IMG/VR virus record: IMGVR_UViG_3300025858_000010
Coordinates: 96,001 to 160,000 of that record
Strand: one strand, 5' to 3'
Origin: a virus
Taxonomy: Duplodnaviria; Caudoviricetes
DNA length: 64,000 nt
Under the pieces are notes generated by a model. It had not been told where the DNA came from. It made no database searches and was given only the letters and a program-made list of their open reading frames with translations. Numbering within the stretch: the first letter of the stretch is position 1; the number at the start of each line of letters is the position of its first letter. This document shows positions 1-9,741 of the stretch, piece by piece. Made by a program: the position numbers and the translations under genes.

Positions 1-607
1 TTCTTTTTAATGTTAGTTCTAATAATTCTTTATAACATTTTCTACATAAAGGCATATAACTTTCGTTGCCCCCAACTTGAACCTGTTCTCCTTCTACGAT
101 AATATCTTTAACCCATCCAAGCAACCCCTTTTTTGTAGAATATCTAATATTTAATATTGCTTTTTTTTCACAATTGTAACAAAGAGTTTTTAACTCTTCT
201 ATTTCGTCTGCTAATGTCAACATGTATATTGATCCTTCGAATGGAAAAGTTTTGAAATCACTCCTCAGCCCATAAGCGATAACTGGTATATTTAATATAT
301 CAACAACATCTGATAATTCATATATATGATGTTTTTTAAAAAATTGAACTTCGTCAACTAAAACACAATCTATTATTTTTTCATGATTTTTAACTATTTC
401 AAATAAATTAGTTTCATCAGATACAGCAACCGCTGTTCTTTCAAGACCAGTTCTTGATTTTACTTTATTTTCACCATATCTATTATCTTTTATTGATGTA
501 AATATAATTGGATATTTTCCTCTTTCTTCATAGTTATAATAGGTTTTTAAAAGATCAAGAGTTTTTCCTGCCCCCATTGAACTATATCTAAAAAACATTT
601 TAGCCAT
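1..607 (-). CDS. tdk: Thymidine kinase (3' end runs off the window; not in the ORF track)
   Basis: Manual translation from ATG at 607: MAKMFFRYSSMGAGKTLDLL (P-loop), VKSRTG, VLVDEVQF (Walker B), YGLRSDF, and zinc cysteines LCYNC and LCRKC. Confidence 0.95.
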   Translation of the reverse strand, partial: MAKMFFRYSSMGAGKTLDLLKTYYNYEERGKYPIIFTSIKDNRYGENKVKSRTGLERTAVAVSDETNLFEIVKNHEKIIDCVLVDEVQFFKKHHIYELSDVVDILNIPVIAYGLRSDFKTFPFEGSIYMLTLADEIEELKTLCYNCEKKAILNIRYSTKKGLLGWVKDIIVEGEQVQVGGNESYMPLCRKCYKELLELTLKR

Positions 608-613
608 TTAAAA

Positions 614-826
614 TCACTTAATTTTTACCCAAACTCTTTGGGTCTCATTAGCTTCTATTTTCATTTCAAAATTTGGAAGCGGACACCAATCTGGGGTTTC
701 TGTAAATATTCTTTTGTCTGTAATCAAACAAACGTCTAATTTAATAGATTCTTTTGATCTATATGAATTTGGACAATCGGAACATTTTTCTATTTTTTTA
801 AAAAATAATTTAGTCATAATTTTCAA
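614..826 (-). CDS. Small Cys-rich hypothetical phage protein
   Basis: 70 aa with CSDCP...C...PDWCPL; packed between neighbours on the same strand. Confidence 0.6.
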   Translation of the reverse strand: MKIMTKLFFKKIEKCSDCPNSYRSKESIKLDVCLITDKRIFTETPDWCPLPNFEMKIEANETQRVWVKIK

Positions 827-1091
827 TTTCTTTTATCACTTTATCTATTTGTTTTCCTAAATCAATGGGAATCATAACTTCTTGTCTAATAATTTCCAAT
901 AATTGTTTCATACTCATAGAAACTTTGAGTAAAGCAGCTATGTCTTTTTCCATAGTAATATCAATTTTCTTATTTTTCTTGAATTGGTCTAATTCTAATT
1001 TCATTTTTTCATTTTCCAATTTTAAAAATTCGAGTTCATAATTTGGACTATCAGACCAAACTCTATCATTAAATGAACTTTTTCTTCTCAT
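810..1091 (-). CDS. Hypothetical coiled-coil protein
   Basis: 93-aa ORF overlapping the next gene; helical and charged. Confidence 0.6.
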   Translation of the reverse strand: MRRKSSFNDRVWSDSPNYELEFLKLENEKMKLELDQFKKNKKIDITMEKDIAALLKVSMSMKQLLEIIRQEVMIPIDLGKQIDKVIKEIENYD

Positions 1092-1160
1092 ATAATGTTT
1101 TTGTTTTTTTATATTAAAAAAAACATTGATAGTTTAACAAAAAAAAACTAAAATCTAATA

Positions 1161-1170
1161 TTAATATATA
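1161..1170 (+). promoter_or_regulatory. Putative late promoter TTAATATATA
   Basis: An AATATATA motif recurs shortly upstream of many virion and leader-bearing genes. Confidence 0.5.
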
Positions 1171-1189
1171 AAAATAAATCAAGATTAAT

Positions 1190-1471
1190 ATGAAAATAAA
1201 AAAGTATTCAGAATTTTTAAATGAAAATAAAACGCCTGAAAATTTTATTCCTGATTTTTTATATCATTCAATTGAACCTGAGAATTACGATAGTATTATG
1301 AGATACGGACTTAGAGGTGATATTTATTTAACCTTTACTCCGAAAGAAGCCGAAAAGCATCATCCAATAATTTTAAAAATTGATGTTAGAAATCGTCAAT
1401 TAATTAATAGTAATGAAGGTTGGATTGTAAAAGATGTTCCAATTGATAATATCGAATTATATAATAAATGA
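1190..1471 (+). CDS. Small ADP-ribosyltransferase-fold (KptA/Tpt1 C-terminal-like) protein with capsid-targeting-like leader
   Basis: Leader MKIKKYSEFLNE, then LYHS...NYDSIMRYGL...IYLT...ILKID, an ART-fold pattern. Confidence 0.5.
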   Translation: MKIKKYSEFLNENKTPENFIPDFLYHSIEPENYDSIMRYGLRGDIYLTFTPKEAEKHHPIILKIDVRNRQLINSNEGWIVKDVPIDNIELYNK

Positions 1472-1991
1472 AAGAATACAAAATAATAAATATTTAGATA
1501 TGAACAAGAGAGAAGAGGAATTGATTACCACATTATATAATTATTATGTTGATGGTACAGTAACAGAACTTAAAGTTGGTGATTATGTTAAGTATACAAG
1601 AACTGTTTCTAAACATTCTGGTAAAATAGGCACATTTGAAGGAACTAACAATGAAGGTAAGTATAAAATTAGATTCGATGATATTAAAATATTGTTAATC
1701 TGTAATCCACAACACGTGGAATCGATTAAAAAAGATGAAAAAAGTATTGATCGTTTAATAAAAATATTAAAACAAATGGTTCTTGATGGGGATTTAAGTC
1801 AAGTTGCAATAAATGAATTTTTAAATGGATTAAACAGAGAAAAGAAATTGAAAGAAATAGATCCATACGATGAAGAAAATTGGGAAGAAGAAGAAAAAGG
1901 AATGTTCCTACCCAAAAGAATATCCAAAACAAAAAGTAGAAGAACCATAGACCCTTTTGATCGTAGTGGAGGTTTTCACAGAGGATGTTAA
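1434..1991 (+). CDS. KOW/SH3-like protein with DPYDEENW tag (true start probably near 1468-1500)
   Basis: LKVGDYVKY...GKIGTFEG...YKIRFDD; KEIDPYDEENWEEEE at 1860-1883. Confidence 0.65.
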   Translation: MFQLIISNYIINERIQNNKYLDMNKREEELITTLYNYYVDGTVTELKVGDYVKYTRTVSKHSGKIGTFEGTNNEGKYKIRFDDIKILLICNPQHVESIKKDEKSIDRLIKILKQMVLDGDLSQVAINEFLNGLNREKKLKEIDPYDEENWEEEEKGMFLPKRISKTKSRRTIDPFDRSGGFHRGC

Positions 1992-2867
1992 ATGATATTA
2001 TTTAATAAAAAAATAGAATTAAAAACTCATTATTGTCGATATTTCGACGATGAATTAGAGGAAGTTGATGAACCATATGTTAATGTTCAAATAAAAATAA
2101 ATGGATGTAATGCTAATTGTTCATTTTGTAATAGTAAAAATGGACCATCTTTAGATGAAGATAAATATTATTCAAAATTAGAAAAAATATCAGAAAAAGT
2201 AAGAATTAGAAAATTAAATTTAAGTGGTGGCGAACCAACTCTTGATTTTGAAAAGTTAAAAAGAATATTATTAAAAACAAGAGAAATTCTTCCTAACGTT
2301 TATATGGCAATTAATACAAATGGATATAATTTTGAAAAATTATTCGAGAACGATTTATATAAAATAGTTGATAATATACAATTAAGCAGACATCATTACG
2401 TTGACGAAATCAACAACGAAATATTGGGTTTTAATTCAATATCAAAAGATATAATTCATAATATAAGCAAAGAATTAAGTAATAAAAGATTTTTAAATTT
2501 GTCTTGCAATCTTATTAATGGATATATAGATGATGAAAAAGAAATTTTCAATTTTTTAGAAGAATCTAGTAAAATTGATATTAGATGGGTTGGTTTTGTT
2601 ACTCTCATATCTTTAAATGAATATTGTGAAAATAATATAATTAAATTTAATGACATGAATTTATTAAATGATAGATTCGTTATCACCAATAGATTTACTT
2701 TCAAAAATTTATGTAAATGTTATGGATATGTATATATACCAACAGACGGTGGTGATCCAATAAGAGTATATAATAAACAAACTGAAAAATCTGATGACAT
2801 TAAAAACATATTGGTTTTCGATGGAGAAAATTTCAATATTGGATTTACAAATAATGTTTTAATTTAA
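1992..2867 (+). CDS. Radical SAM protein
   Basis: CxxxCxxC (CNANCSFC), SGGEPTL, INTNG, LSRHHY. Confidence 0.9.
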   Translation: MILFNKKIELKTHYCRYFDDELEEVDEPYVNVQIKINGCNANCSFCNSKNGPSLDEDKYYSKLEKISEKVRIRKLNLSGGEPTLDFEKLKRILLKTREILPNVYMAINTNGYNFEKLFENDLYKIVDNIQLSRHHYVDEINNEILGFNSISKDIIHNISKELSNKRFLNLSCNLINGYIDDEKEIFNFLEESSKIDIRWVGFVTLISLNEYCENNIIKFNDMNLLNDRFVITNRFTFKNLCKCYGYVYIPTDGGDPIRVYNKQTEKSDDIKNILVFDGENFNIGFTNNVLI

Positions 2868-3034
2868 TCTATTGGTCTAGTAAAAATTTCTAACATGTTA
2901 GACGGTGATGGATCATAATTATATGGTTTCTTTATAATTGTTTTACACCATATAAATCATTCCAAATATCTTTATTCCCTTCTTTCAGATAATATCTATA
3001 TCTATAATCTTTCCACGTTACGATTTTTTTCACA

Positions 3035-3607
3035 TCATTTTATATTGTTTTCATATTTTAATTTTAAAATTAGATAATCCGTGACTATATCAAAAATTTT
3101 TAAATTATCTATATCGCCAAAACTAACTTTAACGACTCTATTTTCTTCTGTCACTTTAATGCTAGTTTGTTTATAATCATTATAATTTATTGTTAATAGA
3201 CATATATGGTATTGCCCAACGTTATTAACGTCTTTAAATAAAACTTTATCGACTTCTATAGGAAATAATTGATTTAATACTACACCGGTTTTTTCATATA
3301 GAATGCGTCTAACATTTTGTGTTTCTGTTTGATCGTCGTTAAATGAATCTTTTATGCTTGTAAGATAATAATCTATTGTATTATATTCAGATTTATCCTT
3401 ATATTTAAATTTAAATGCTGGACATTTTTCATGTTTTAGAAGTATGTATCCTTCATCTTTAAAATATGGTAATATGACTACTTCAGCGTCACTAATAACA
3501 ACGTCTTTATCATCGAATTTAATAATTGATAATTCGTCATTTTTAAATATTTCTTCATTATCTTCGCGTTTTGGTTCATTTTTCTTTATTTTTGTAAATT
3601 TTTCCAT
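3035..3607 (-). CDS. Nudix-fold protein with degenerate Nudix box
   Basis: VVILPY...ILLKHEKCPAF followed by DSFNDDQTETQNVRRILYEKTG where Gx5Ex7REUxEExG is expected. Confidence 0.5.
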   Translation of the reverse strand: MEKFTKIKKNEPKREDNEEIFKNDELSIIKFDDKDVVISDAEVVILPYFKDEGYILLKHEKCPAFKFKYKDKSEYNTIDYYLTSIKDSFNDDQTETQNVRRILYEKTGVVLNQLFPIEVDKVLFKDVNNVGQYHICLLTINYNDYKQTSIKVTEENRVVKVSFGDIDNLKIFDIVTDYLILKLKYENNIK

Positions 3608-3622
3608 AATTTATATTTATTT

Positions 3623-3779
3623 TTAATCATCGTCCCAATTTTCTTCTCCGTATGGATCAATATCTTTCATCTTATCTCTAATTTCTAAATTTCTTAAAGG
3701 TTTCTATCTTAGATAATCCTTCGTATGGATCTATTTTCTTTTTTCTAAATATATTAAATTCTTCGAATAATTTAATCAT
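3623..3779 (-). pseudogene. Frameshifted mini-gene: leader plus DPYGEENW tag
   Basis: MIKLFEEFNIFRKKKIDPYEGLSKIE in one frame, then RNLEIRDKMKDIDPYGEENWDDD* in another; the shift is near 3700. Confidence 0.55.
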
Positions 3780-3885
3780 ATTAATTTTTTTTAATTATAT
3801 ATAAAAAAACATTTTTCAATTTTAATATATAATTTTGTAAATTAAAAAAAATTATTTAACTTCGTAAAAAATAAATATAAATATT

Positions 3886-4401
3886 ATGAAATTTAAGGAT
3901 TGGTTCAAAAAGAATGTGGAAGAAAAACAATTACCCAAGATTGAAACTTTAAAAAATAAAAAAATTAACGAATCATTCGTCGAGTGTGGTACTTGTGAAG
4001 GTTCTGGCATAGATCCAAATAATGAAGACAGAAATTGTCCTGATTGTAATGGGGATGGTGGATATGATGACGGAAACGAAGGATGGTATAATAATGATGA
4101 TGAACAATATCAACGTCAACAAAGAAAAGAAAAGAAACCAAAGGTTGGAAAAAATTTTAAAGTTGGAGATGTTCTAGTTTTAACGGATGATAAGAAATCA
4201 TCTAAGATGCCACAAGATGCCTATGATTTCTTAATGACTTATAAAACATTCACTGTTAAATCAATAAACGATAAAGGTAAAATAAATATTGGATGTAGAA
4301 TATCTAAAAACGAAAACGGTATAGGAGTTGAGAAAATCTATATGTTTTCAACAGATAGATTTGATTTATTGAACCCGGCAACATTATTGGAAGAAAAATA
4401 A
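3886..4401 (+). CDS. Protein with DnaJ-type zinc finger and C-terminal SH3/KOW-like domain
   Basis: CGTCEGSG and CPDCNGDG; FKVGDVLVL; leader MKFKDWF and a KINES site. Confidence 0.65.
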   Translation: MKFKDWFKKNVEEKQLPKIETLKNKKINESFVECGTCEGSGIDPNNEDRNCPDCNGDGGYDDGNEGWYNNDDEQYQRQQRKEKKPKVGKNFKVGDVLVLTDDKKSSKMPQDAYDFLMTYKTFTVKSINDKGKINIGCRISKNENGIGVEKIYMFSTDRFDLLNPATLLEEK

Positions 4402-4413
4402 TCCATAAAAATA

Positions 4414-4809
4414 ATGTATGTTACAATATTTATTTTATTTATCATCATTTTAATAATGTCTCTTCGTGAAGGAGTGGTATTGAAATGGACTCTCAATGGA
4501 CATCCAGCTAAATTATCTAGCATATGGCATTCTTTAGGAATGACATTAAGAGCTTTAATTGTTCTTTTTGCTATTTATCAATTGTTTCCAAATTGGCAAG
4601 ACATGATCCTAGCCGGACTTCTTGGGTTGAATTGGACTTGGACTATATATGATTTGTGTATTAACTGGATCAACGGATGGAAACTATGGTACACCGGTAA
4701 AACATCAGATATTGAAGTGAAATTAAAATCTAAGATTATTTGGATATTGAAAGCTATTTTGTTCGTTATTACTATTATCTATATAATAATATATTATACT
4801 ATATTTTAA
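4414..4809 (+). CDS. Multi-pass membrane protein
   Basis: Three to four hydrophobic segments in 131 aa. Confidence 0.7.
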   Translation: MYVTIFILFIIILIMSLREGVVLKWTLNGHPAKLSSIWHSLGMTLRALIVLFAIYQLFPNWQDMILAGLLGLNWTWTIYDLCINWINGWKLWYTGKTSDIEVKLKSKIIWILKAILFVITIIYIIIYYTIF

Positions 4810-5791
4810 TTAAAAACAATTTTATTAGATTTTTTCAATTTATTTATTGTTTTTTCATCCAAATATTTTTCTACTGTTTCTAATTCATTATCTATAAAAT
4901 AATTCAATTTTATTTTTTTATTTAAAAAATCATTTATATTGATTTTATGGATATTGTATTCTCTTTCACATAAATTTATATCCATATAAATATCATCATT
5001 GATATACATATTAACGATTGTTTGTTCGTGTTCATTGAACAAAAAAATATAAAAATTATTTCCATCATAAAAAAAAATATTATTCATTCCATATTCTCTT
5101 TCAATTAAGTGATCGATCATGCTATCAATAGATTCACATGGTATAGATAATATTTTTTCTTTTATGTTTTTTAATTCTTTATTAATTATAATTTCTAATC
5201 CATTTTGATAATAAGTAGAATTACTAATCCATCCATCCACACTTATAGGTATATTTTTTAAATTTTCAACAAAAAAATTCGGAATGCCTCCAAATAATAA
5301 TGTACTATAAGAATTATAATCTCCTCCGCCATCATTCATACAATATTCATAAAACCATAGATTATAATTATTTGAAAACATATTATTTTGGATGTTTAAT
5401 AGTTCTTTTTTATCATTTATGATACAATCACCTTCTAAATAATTAAAATATTCATACCCCAATTTATCAGCCAGTGAAACCCCATTATAAATGGATCTGA
5501 AAATATTAAGATGTATAGAATTATCATATAAAACTCTACATGAAAAATTCTGAAGTGTTGCCCACCATCCATTATAATCGACGTTAATAGAATAGTCTAG
5601 AAAATCTTTAACGTTGTATTTATCATATATAACGTAATCTACAATATCATAGATTTCTTTATCTAATATTGGTAAATGGGTTGTTAAAATAATATCAAAG
5701 TTTAATTCCTTGATATTATTTATGCATTTTTTAATATTTTAATTCTCCTTTCGTTGGATGGATAAGAACCAATTATAAAAACATTTTTCAT
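4806..5791 (-). CDS. Glycosyltransferase-like protein, frameshifted in an A-run near 5730
   Basis: Adding one A joins MKNVFIIGSYPSNERRIKILK to CINNIKELNFDIILTTHLP...VDYVIYDKYN...LADKLGYEYFNYLEGDC, which is continuous with ORF 4806..5462; GT-A-like pattern. Confidence 0.5.
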
Positions 5792-5889
5792 ATAATAATT
5801 TCAATTTAGAAAAATCTTTCTAAATTAATTATTATATATTCATTTAACTATAAACAGTTTTATAAAGTTTAATATAATTTATTAAAACT

Positions 5890-6388
5890 TTATGTTTTTC
5901 CCATTTTTTTACCTCTATTAGCAAACCACCATTGCTTATCATCTACGTTATAAACCGATCTTTTTTTCAATTTTTCGAATTTAGTTTTATCATTTGATAA
6001 TATATTTGTTAAAGGTACATAGAAACAATGTTTAGCTTTACCAATATCATTATGTCCCGAATGTAATTGTTTGCTAAAAGAATCGTTAAATTCTATTAAA
6101 AGATTACCATATTCCTCTATTTTTAAAATTTTGCCAATTTGATTTTCTAAATCAACATTGTCGTATTCTCCTTTAGTCATAATATCATCACCGACTTTCA
6201 AATCGGCTCTTTTAATAGTTATCTTTAATGTTTCCATATCATTATTTTTTTTATTTTTAAATCATCAATTTGATGTTTTGTATCAAAACCATCATCTTCA
6301 TCTTCATCGTTTTATTTTGATCATTTTCTACGTGATATGATGATAATCCAAATCCAACAAGTTCTTCTAATGTTTTTAATCTTTTCAT
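5890..6388 (-). CDS. KOW/SH3-like protein with leader; apparent single-base frameshift near 6312
   Basis: MKRLKTLEEL...DQNK joins DEDEDDGF...NNDMETLK (ORF 5890..6237, LKVGDDIM) if one A is added. Confidence 0.55.
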
Positions 6389-6443
6389 CTGATTTTTCAA
6401 TTATATCCTTTAATAGTTAAATTATAATCTATTTATCATTAAA

Positions 6444-6845
6444 TCACTTAATTGTTTTTAATTTATTTAATCCCTGGTAAATATTCACAACTCTCGTTTG
6501 GATCGTCACGTAACTTGGTTGAACATTCCAAGACGCACTTTGAGGTCTTTGTGCTAAGGCAGTTAACCATATGATACTTCCAATTTTAATTTCACTTGGA
6601 TTACTTGTCATATTAAATTGTGGTCCGATTATAGCTTCTTCTAATTTAGCAATTCTATCTTTATCGGTTATTATATCGGATACCTGAAGTATCTCAATCG
6701 GACCTTCGACTTTTTCTATATTCCCGTCTTCTAATTCCTTTAAAGCAATAATATCCGAAGATATCGGATCAAATCCTTTTTTAGGATTAAACTCTTTCAC
6801 TTTCTTATTTTTATACTCTTCAAAATCTGTTGTTAAATTAGACAT
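6444..6845 (-). CDS. Hypothetical protein, possibly virion-internal
   Basis: 133 aa; starts MSNLTTDFEEY; lies in the same minus-strand run. Confidence 0.6.
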   Translation of the reverse strand: MSNLTTDFEEYKNKKVKEFNPKKGFDPISSDIIALKELEDGNIEKVEGPIEILQVSDIITDKDRIAKLEEAIIGPQFNMTSNPSEIKIGSIIWLTALAQRPQSASWNVQPSYVTIQTRVVNIYQGLNKLKTIK

Positions 6846-6856
6846 TTATACTTTTA

Positions 6857-7198
6857 TTATTTTATATAATTATCTCTTTCATCGTCATACATATCCATTA
6901 ATATTTCTATAACTTTATTTATATTATCGATAAAATCATTTTTTTCTACATTTTTTGGTATGTTTAATCTATATGGTTTCCATCTTCCTTTAAAGGCATA
7001 TTCCTCAGGAGGATCTTCTAAAAACCCGAAATCAGATGGAGCGGACATCTTATAATATCTATGATCTTCTTCTGAAATCTTCCACCCCCTTTTTATTAAT
7101 AATGATAATAAATTATCTAATATTTTTTTATTATCATCCTCCCATATTTCTTCGTCGTAGGGATCTACATCTTTAAAATTCTCGAACTTCTTTATCAT
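6857..7198 (-). CDS. Hypothetical protein with leader and N-terminal DPYDEEIW tag
   Basis: MIKKFENFKDVDPYDEEIWEDD followed by a small alpha/beta domain. Confidence 0.7.
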   Translation of the reverse strand: MIKKFENFKDVDPYDEEIWEDDNKKILDNLLSLLIKRGWKISEEDHRYYKMSAPSDFGFLEDPPEEYAFKGRWKPYRLNIPKNVEKNDFIDNINKVIEILMDMYDDERDNYIK

Positions 7199-8800
7199 TT
7201 ATTTTTTCTTCGTTTTTATATTGTAGTTTGTCAATCTATCTATTGTTCCTTCTTTACCAATAATTTCCATTATATCAAATAAAGAAGGTCCAAATCCCAT
7301 TCCAGTTAAAACGAGTCTCAAAGAAGGAGCAACTGCACCAAAATTTAAACCATTAGAGTTAACATAATCTTCAAAAGCCTTTTGAATGTTTTCTGATGTC
7401 CAATTGGACACTTTTATAACAGATTCTTTTATTCCCTCAATTATAGCAGGACTTTTATCTGTCCATTTCTTTTCGGCTACTTTTTTATCATAAGTTGTTG
7501 GTTTTTCAAATAAATATAAAGAAGCATCATAAATGTCTTTTATAAAATTAGCCTTGCCTTTATTCATTTCAACCATTTTCTTAATAGTTCTATCTGGGAG
7601 GTCTATACCTCTTTCTTTTAACATTGGTTTTAATTGAACAACAACTTCTTCATCTGGCATTTGTTTCAAATATTGACCGTTATACCATTTAGCTTTATCA
7701 ATATTAAATTTAGCACCGGATTTACCACATCTTTCTAATGAAAAAGATTTGGCCAATTCATCCATTGACATAATTTCTTGTTCTGTTCCTGGATTCCAAC
7801 CAAGAAAAGCTAAGAAATTTATAAAAGCTTCTGGTAAATATCCTGAATCTTTATATCCGCTTGAACTTTTAGAAGGATCTTTTGGATCTTGCCATTTTAG
7901 AGGAAATACTGGGAATCCCATTTCATCACCATTACGTTTTGATAATTTACCATTTCCACCAGGATTAAGTAAAAGAGCTAAATGCGCAAATTCAGGAGCT
8001 TTCCATCCAAATGAATCGTATAAAAATACGTGAAGTGGAGCACTCGGAAGCCATTCTTCACCTCTAATCACGTGACTTGTTTTCATTAAATGATCATCAA
8101 CTATATTAGCCAAATGATAAGTTGGAAGACCATCCGACTTAAATAAAACTTTATCATCTAATGTATCCGTATTTACGTTTATAGTTCCTCTAATAATATC
8201 ATTAACAACTATATTTTGATTTTCTGGAAATTTTACTCTAATTACATATGGTACATTTTTTGAAAGTAAGTCATCTACTTCTCTTGGCGATAATGAAAGT
8301 GAATTTTTCATTTCCATTCTAGTTTTATAATCGTATTGAGGTGACTGAATGCCTTTTTTGATCAATCTAGATTTCATTTCTTCAATATCATCCGGTGTAT
8401 CGAAACAATAATAGGCTTTACCATCATTTACCAAATCCTTTGCGTATTTTGGATAGATATTATATCTTTCAGATTGACGATAAGGGCCGTATGGACCACC
8501 AATCCAAGGAGCTTCATCTGGAACTATTCCACACCATTCTAAAGATTTTCTTATGTATTCTTCGGCTCCAGGAACAAATCTATTTTGATCAGTGTCTTCA
8601 ATTCTCAAGTAAAAAACCCCATTATATTTTTTAGCGAAAAGATAGTTATAGAGCGCTGTTCGCACCCCCCCCAGATGGAGCGGACCCGTTGGGCTTGGCG
8701 CGAAGCGAGTCCTCACCGTTCCTGCGTTTCCGATGTTTTCTTTCATCATATCGACGAATTTTTCAAATTCTGTTAAATTTATTAGATTCATGTTTTTCAT
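7199..8800 (-). CDS. gltX: Glutamate--tRNA ligase, Bacteroidota type, with a short N-terminal extension
   Basis: RTRFAPSPTGPLHLGG (HIGH), LRIEDTD, YRQSER, PTYHLANIVDDHLM, HVIRGEEWLPS, KLSKR (KMSKS), GFPVFPL insert, LGWNPG. Confidence 0.97.
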   Translation of the reverse strand: MKNMNLINLTEFEKFVDMMKENIGNAGTVRTRFAPSPTGPLHLGGVRTALYNYLFAKKYNGVFYLRIEDTDQNRFVPGAEEYIRKSLEWCGIVPDEAPWIGGPYGPYRQSERYNIYPKYAKDLVNDGKAYYCFDTPDDIEEMKSRLIKKGIQSPQYDYKTRMEMKNSLSLSPREVDDLLSKNVPYVIRVKFPENQNIVVNDIIRGTINVNTDTLDDKVLFKSDGLPTYHLANIVDDHLMKTSHVIRGEEWLPSAPLHVFLYDSFGWKAPEFAHLALLLNPGGNGKLSKRNGDEMGFPVFPLKWQDPKDPSKSSSGYKDSGYLPEAFINFLAFLGWNPGTEQEIMSMDELAKSFSLERCGKSGAKFNIDKAKWYNGQYLKQMPDEEVVVQLKPMLKERGIDLPDRTIKKMVEMNKGKANFIKDIYDASLYLFEKPTTYDKKVAEKKWTDKSPAIIEGIKESVIKVSNWTSENIQKAFEDYVNSNGLNFGAVAPSLRLVLTGMGFGPSLFDIMEIIGKEGTIDRLTNYNIKTKKK

Positions 8801-8806
8801 ATCTTA

Positions 8807-9706
8807 TTATTTATTTTTATATTTTTTGTTATATTTACCAATAGTTTCTGGAGTATTAACAAATGGAAAATAATTATCTTTATATCTCCAATAATAACCA
8901 CCTGCACTATTAAAACTTTTTGTTCCCTTACAACAACCTATGATGTGTCTTCTATTTATTCCTGTTTCTTTTTCGGATTGACGAACAGAGTCGTATTCTT
9001 TAACCAATTCATCTGTTTCTATTTGATATTGACACACAGATTTACGATTTGGATGATTCATTTTCATTTTCAATAATTCTTCTTTGGTGTGTTTAAGTTC
9101 TCTTTCAACATAAGGAAAATATTCATCTTTGTATCTCCAATAATGACCAAATTTACTAGGTGTAGATTTACCCTTACAACTATCTATAATAGTTGAAACT
9201 TTATGACCAGTTTTTCTACTAGCTTCTCGTGTTGATATATATTCGGCTAAGAGTTTATCTGTCCCAATTTCGTATTCACACACTTCTCTTCTCAATGGAT
9301 TGTTCATTAAAGTTTTTAATTTACTTTCTTCTGGTATTTTTTTTCCAGTCCAATAATCAGCACCTTGTCCACCACTTGTATCATTTTTCAATTTAAACCC
9401 CCATTGTTTAAGTTGTCCTATCCAGTATATTTCTAAATTATCTATATTATCTGCGTCGCTTTCATCTAGTACATCGATCATAGGTTTCAATTCTTGGTTT
9501 TTTAACCATAACAACCATTTATTTTTTGAGGTCCAAGAATCTTTTAGAGAATATGGACTATTGTGCGCCCAAAATCTATTTTTAAGATTTTTAGTTTTCC
9601 CAACATATTTCACTTCACCGTCTATCGGGTCGCTCAAAGTATAGATATAATATTTTTGTTTCATTTCTACTTTTTCATTCAAAGAATCTTTAAAAATCGT
9701 TTTCAT
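8807..9706 (-). CDS. Free-standing GIY-YIG homing endonuclease with NUMOD1-type repeats
   Basis: YIYTLSDP...KYVGKT...R...H...LEIYWI...N; two C-terminal repeats of the form V(C)xY...EYxS.R.A...TG...I..C.G...G.YWRY. Confidence 0.88.
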   Translation of the reverse strand: MKTIFKDSLNEKVEMKQKYYIYTLSDPIDGEVKYVGKTKNLKNRFWAHNSPYSLKDSWTSKNKWLLWLKNQELKPMIDVLDESDADNIDNLEIYWIGQLKQWGFKLKNDTSGGQGADYWTGKKIPEESKLKTLMNNPLRREVCEYEIGTDKLLAEYISTREASRKTGHKVSTIIDSCKGKSTPSKFGHYWRYKDEYFPYVERELKHTKEELLKMKMNHPNRKSVCQYQIETDELVKEYDSVRQSEKETGINRRHIIGCCKGTKSFNSAGGYYWRYKDNYFPFVNTPETIGKYNKKYKNK

Positions 9707-9741
9707 TATTCATATATGTTTTTATGTTCAGTAATCTATTT

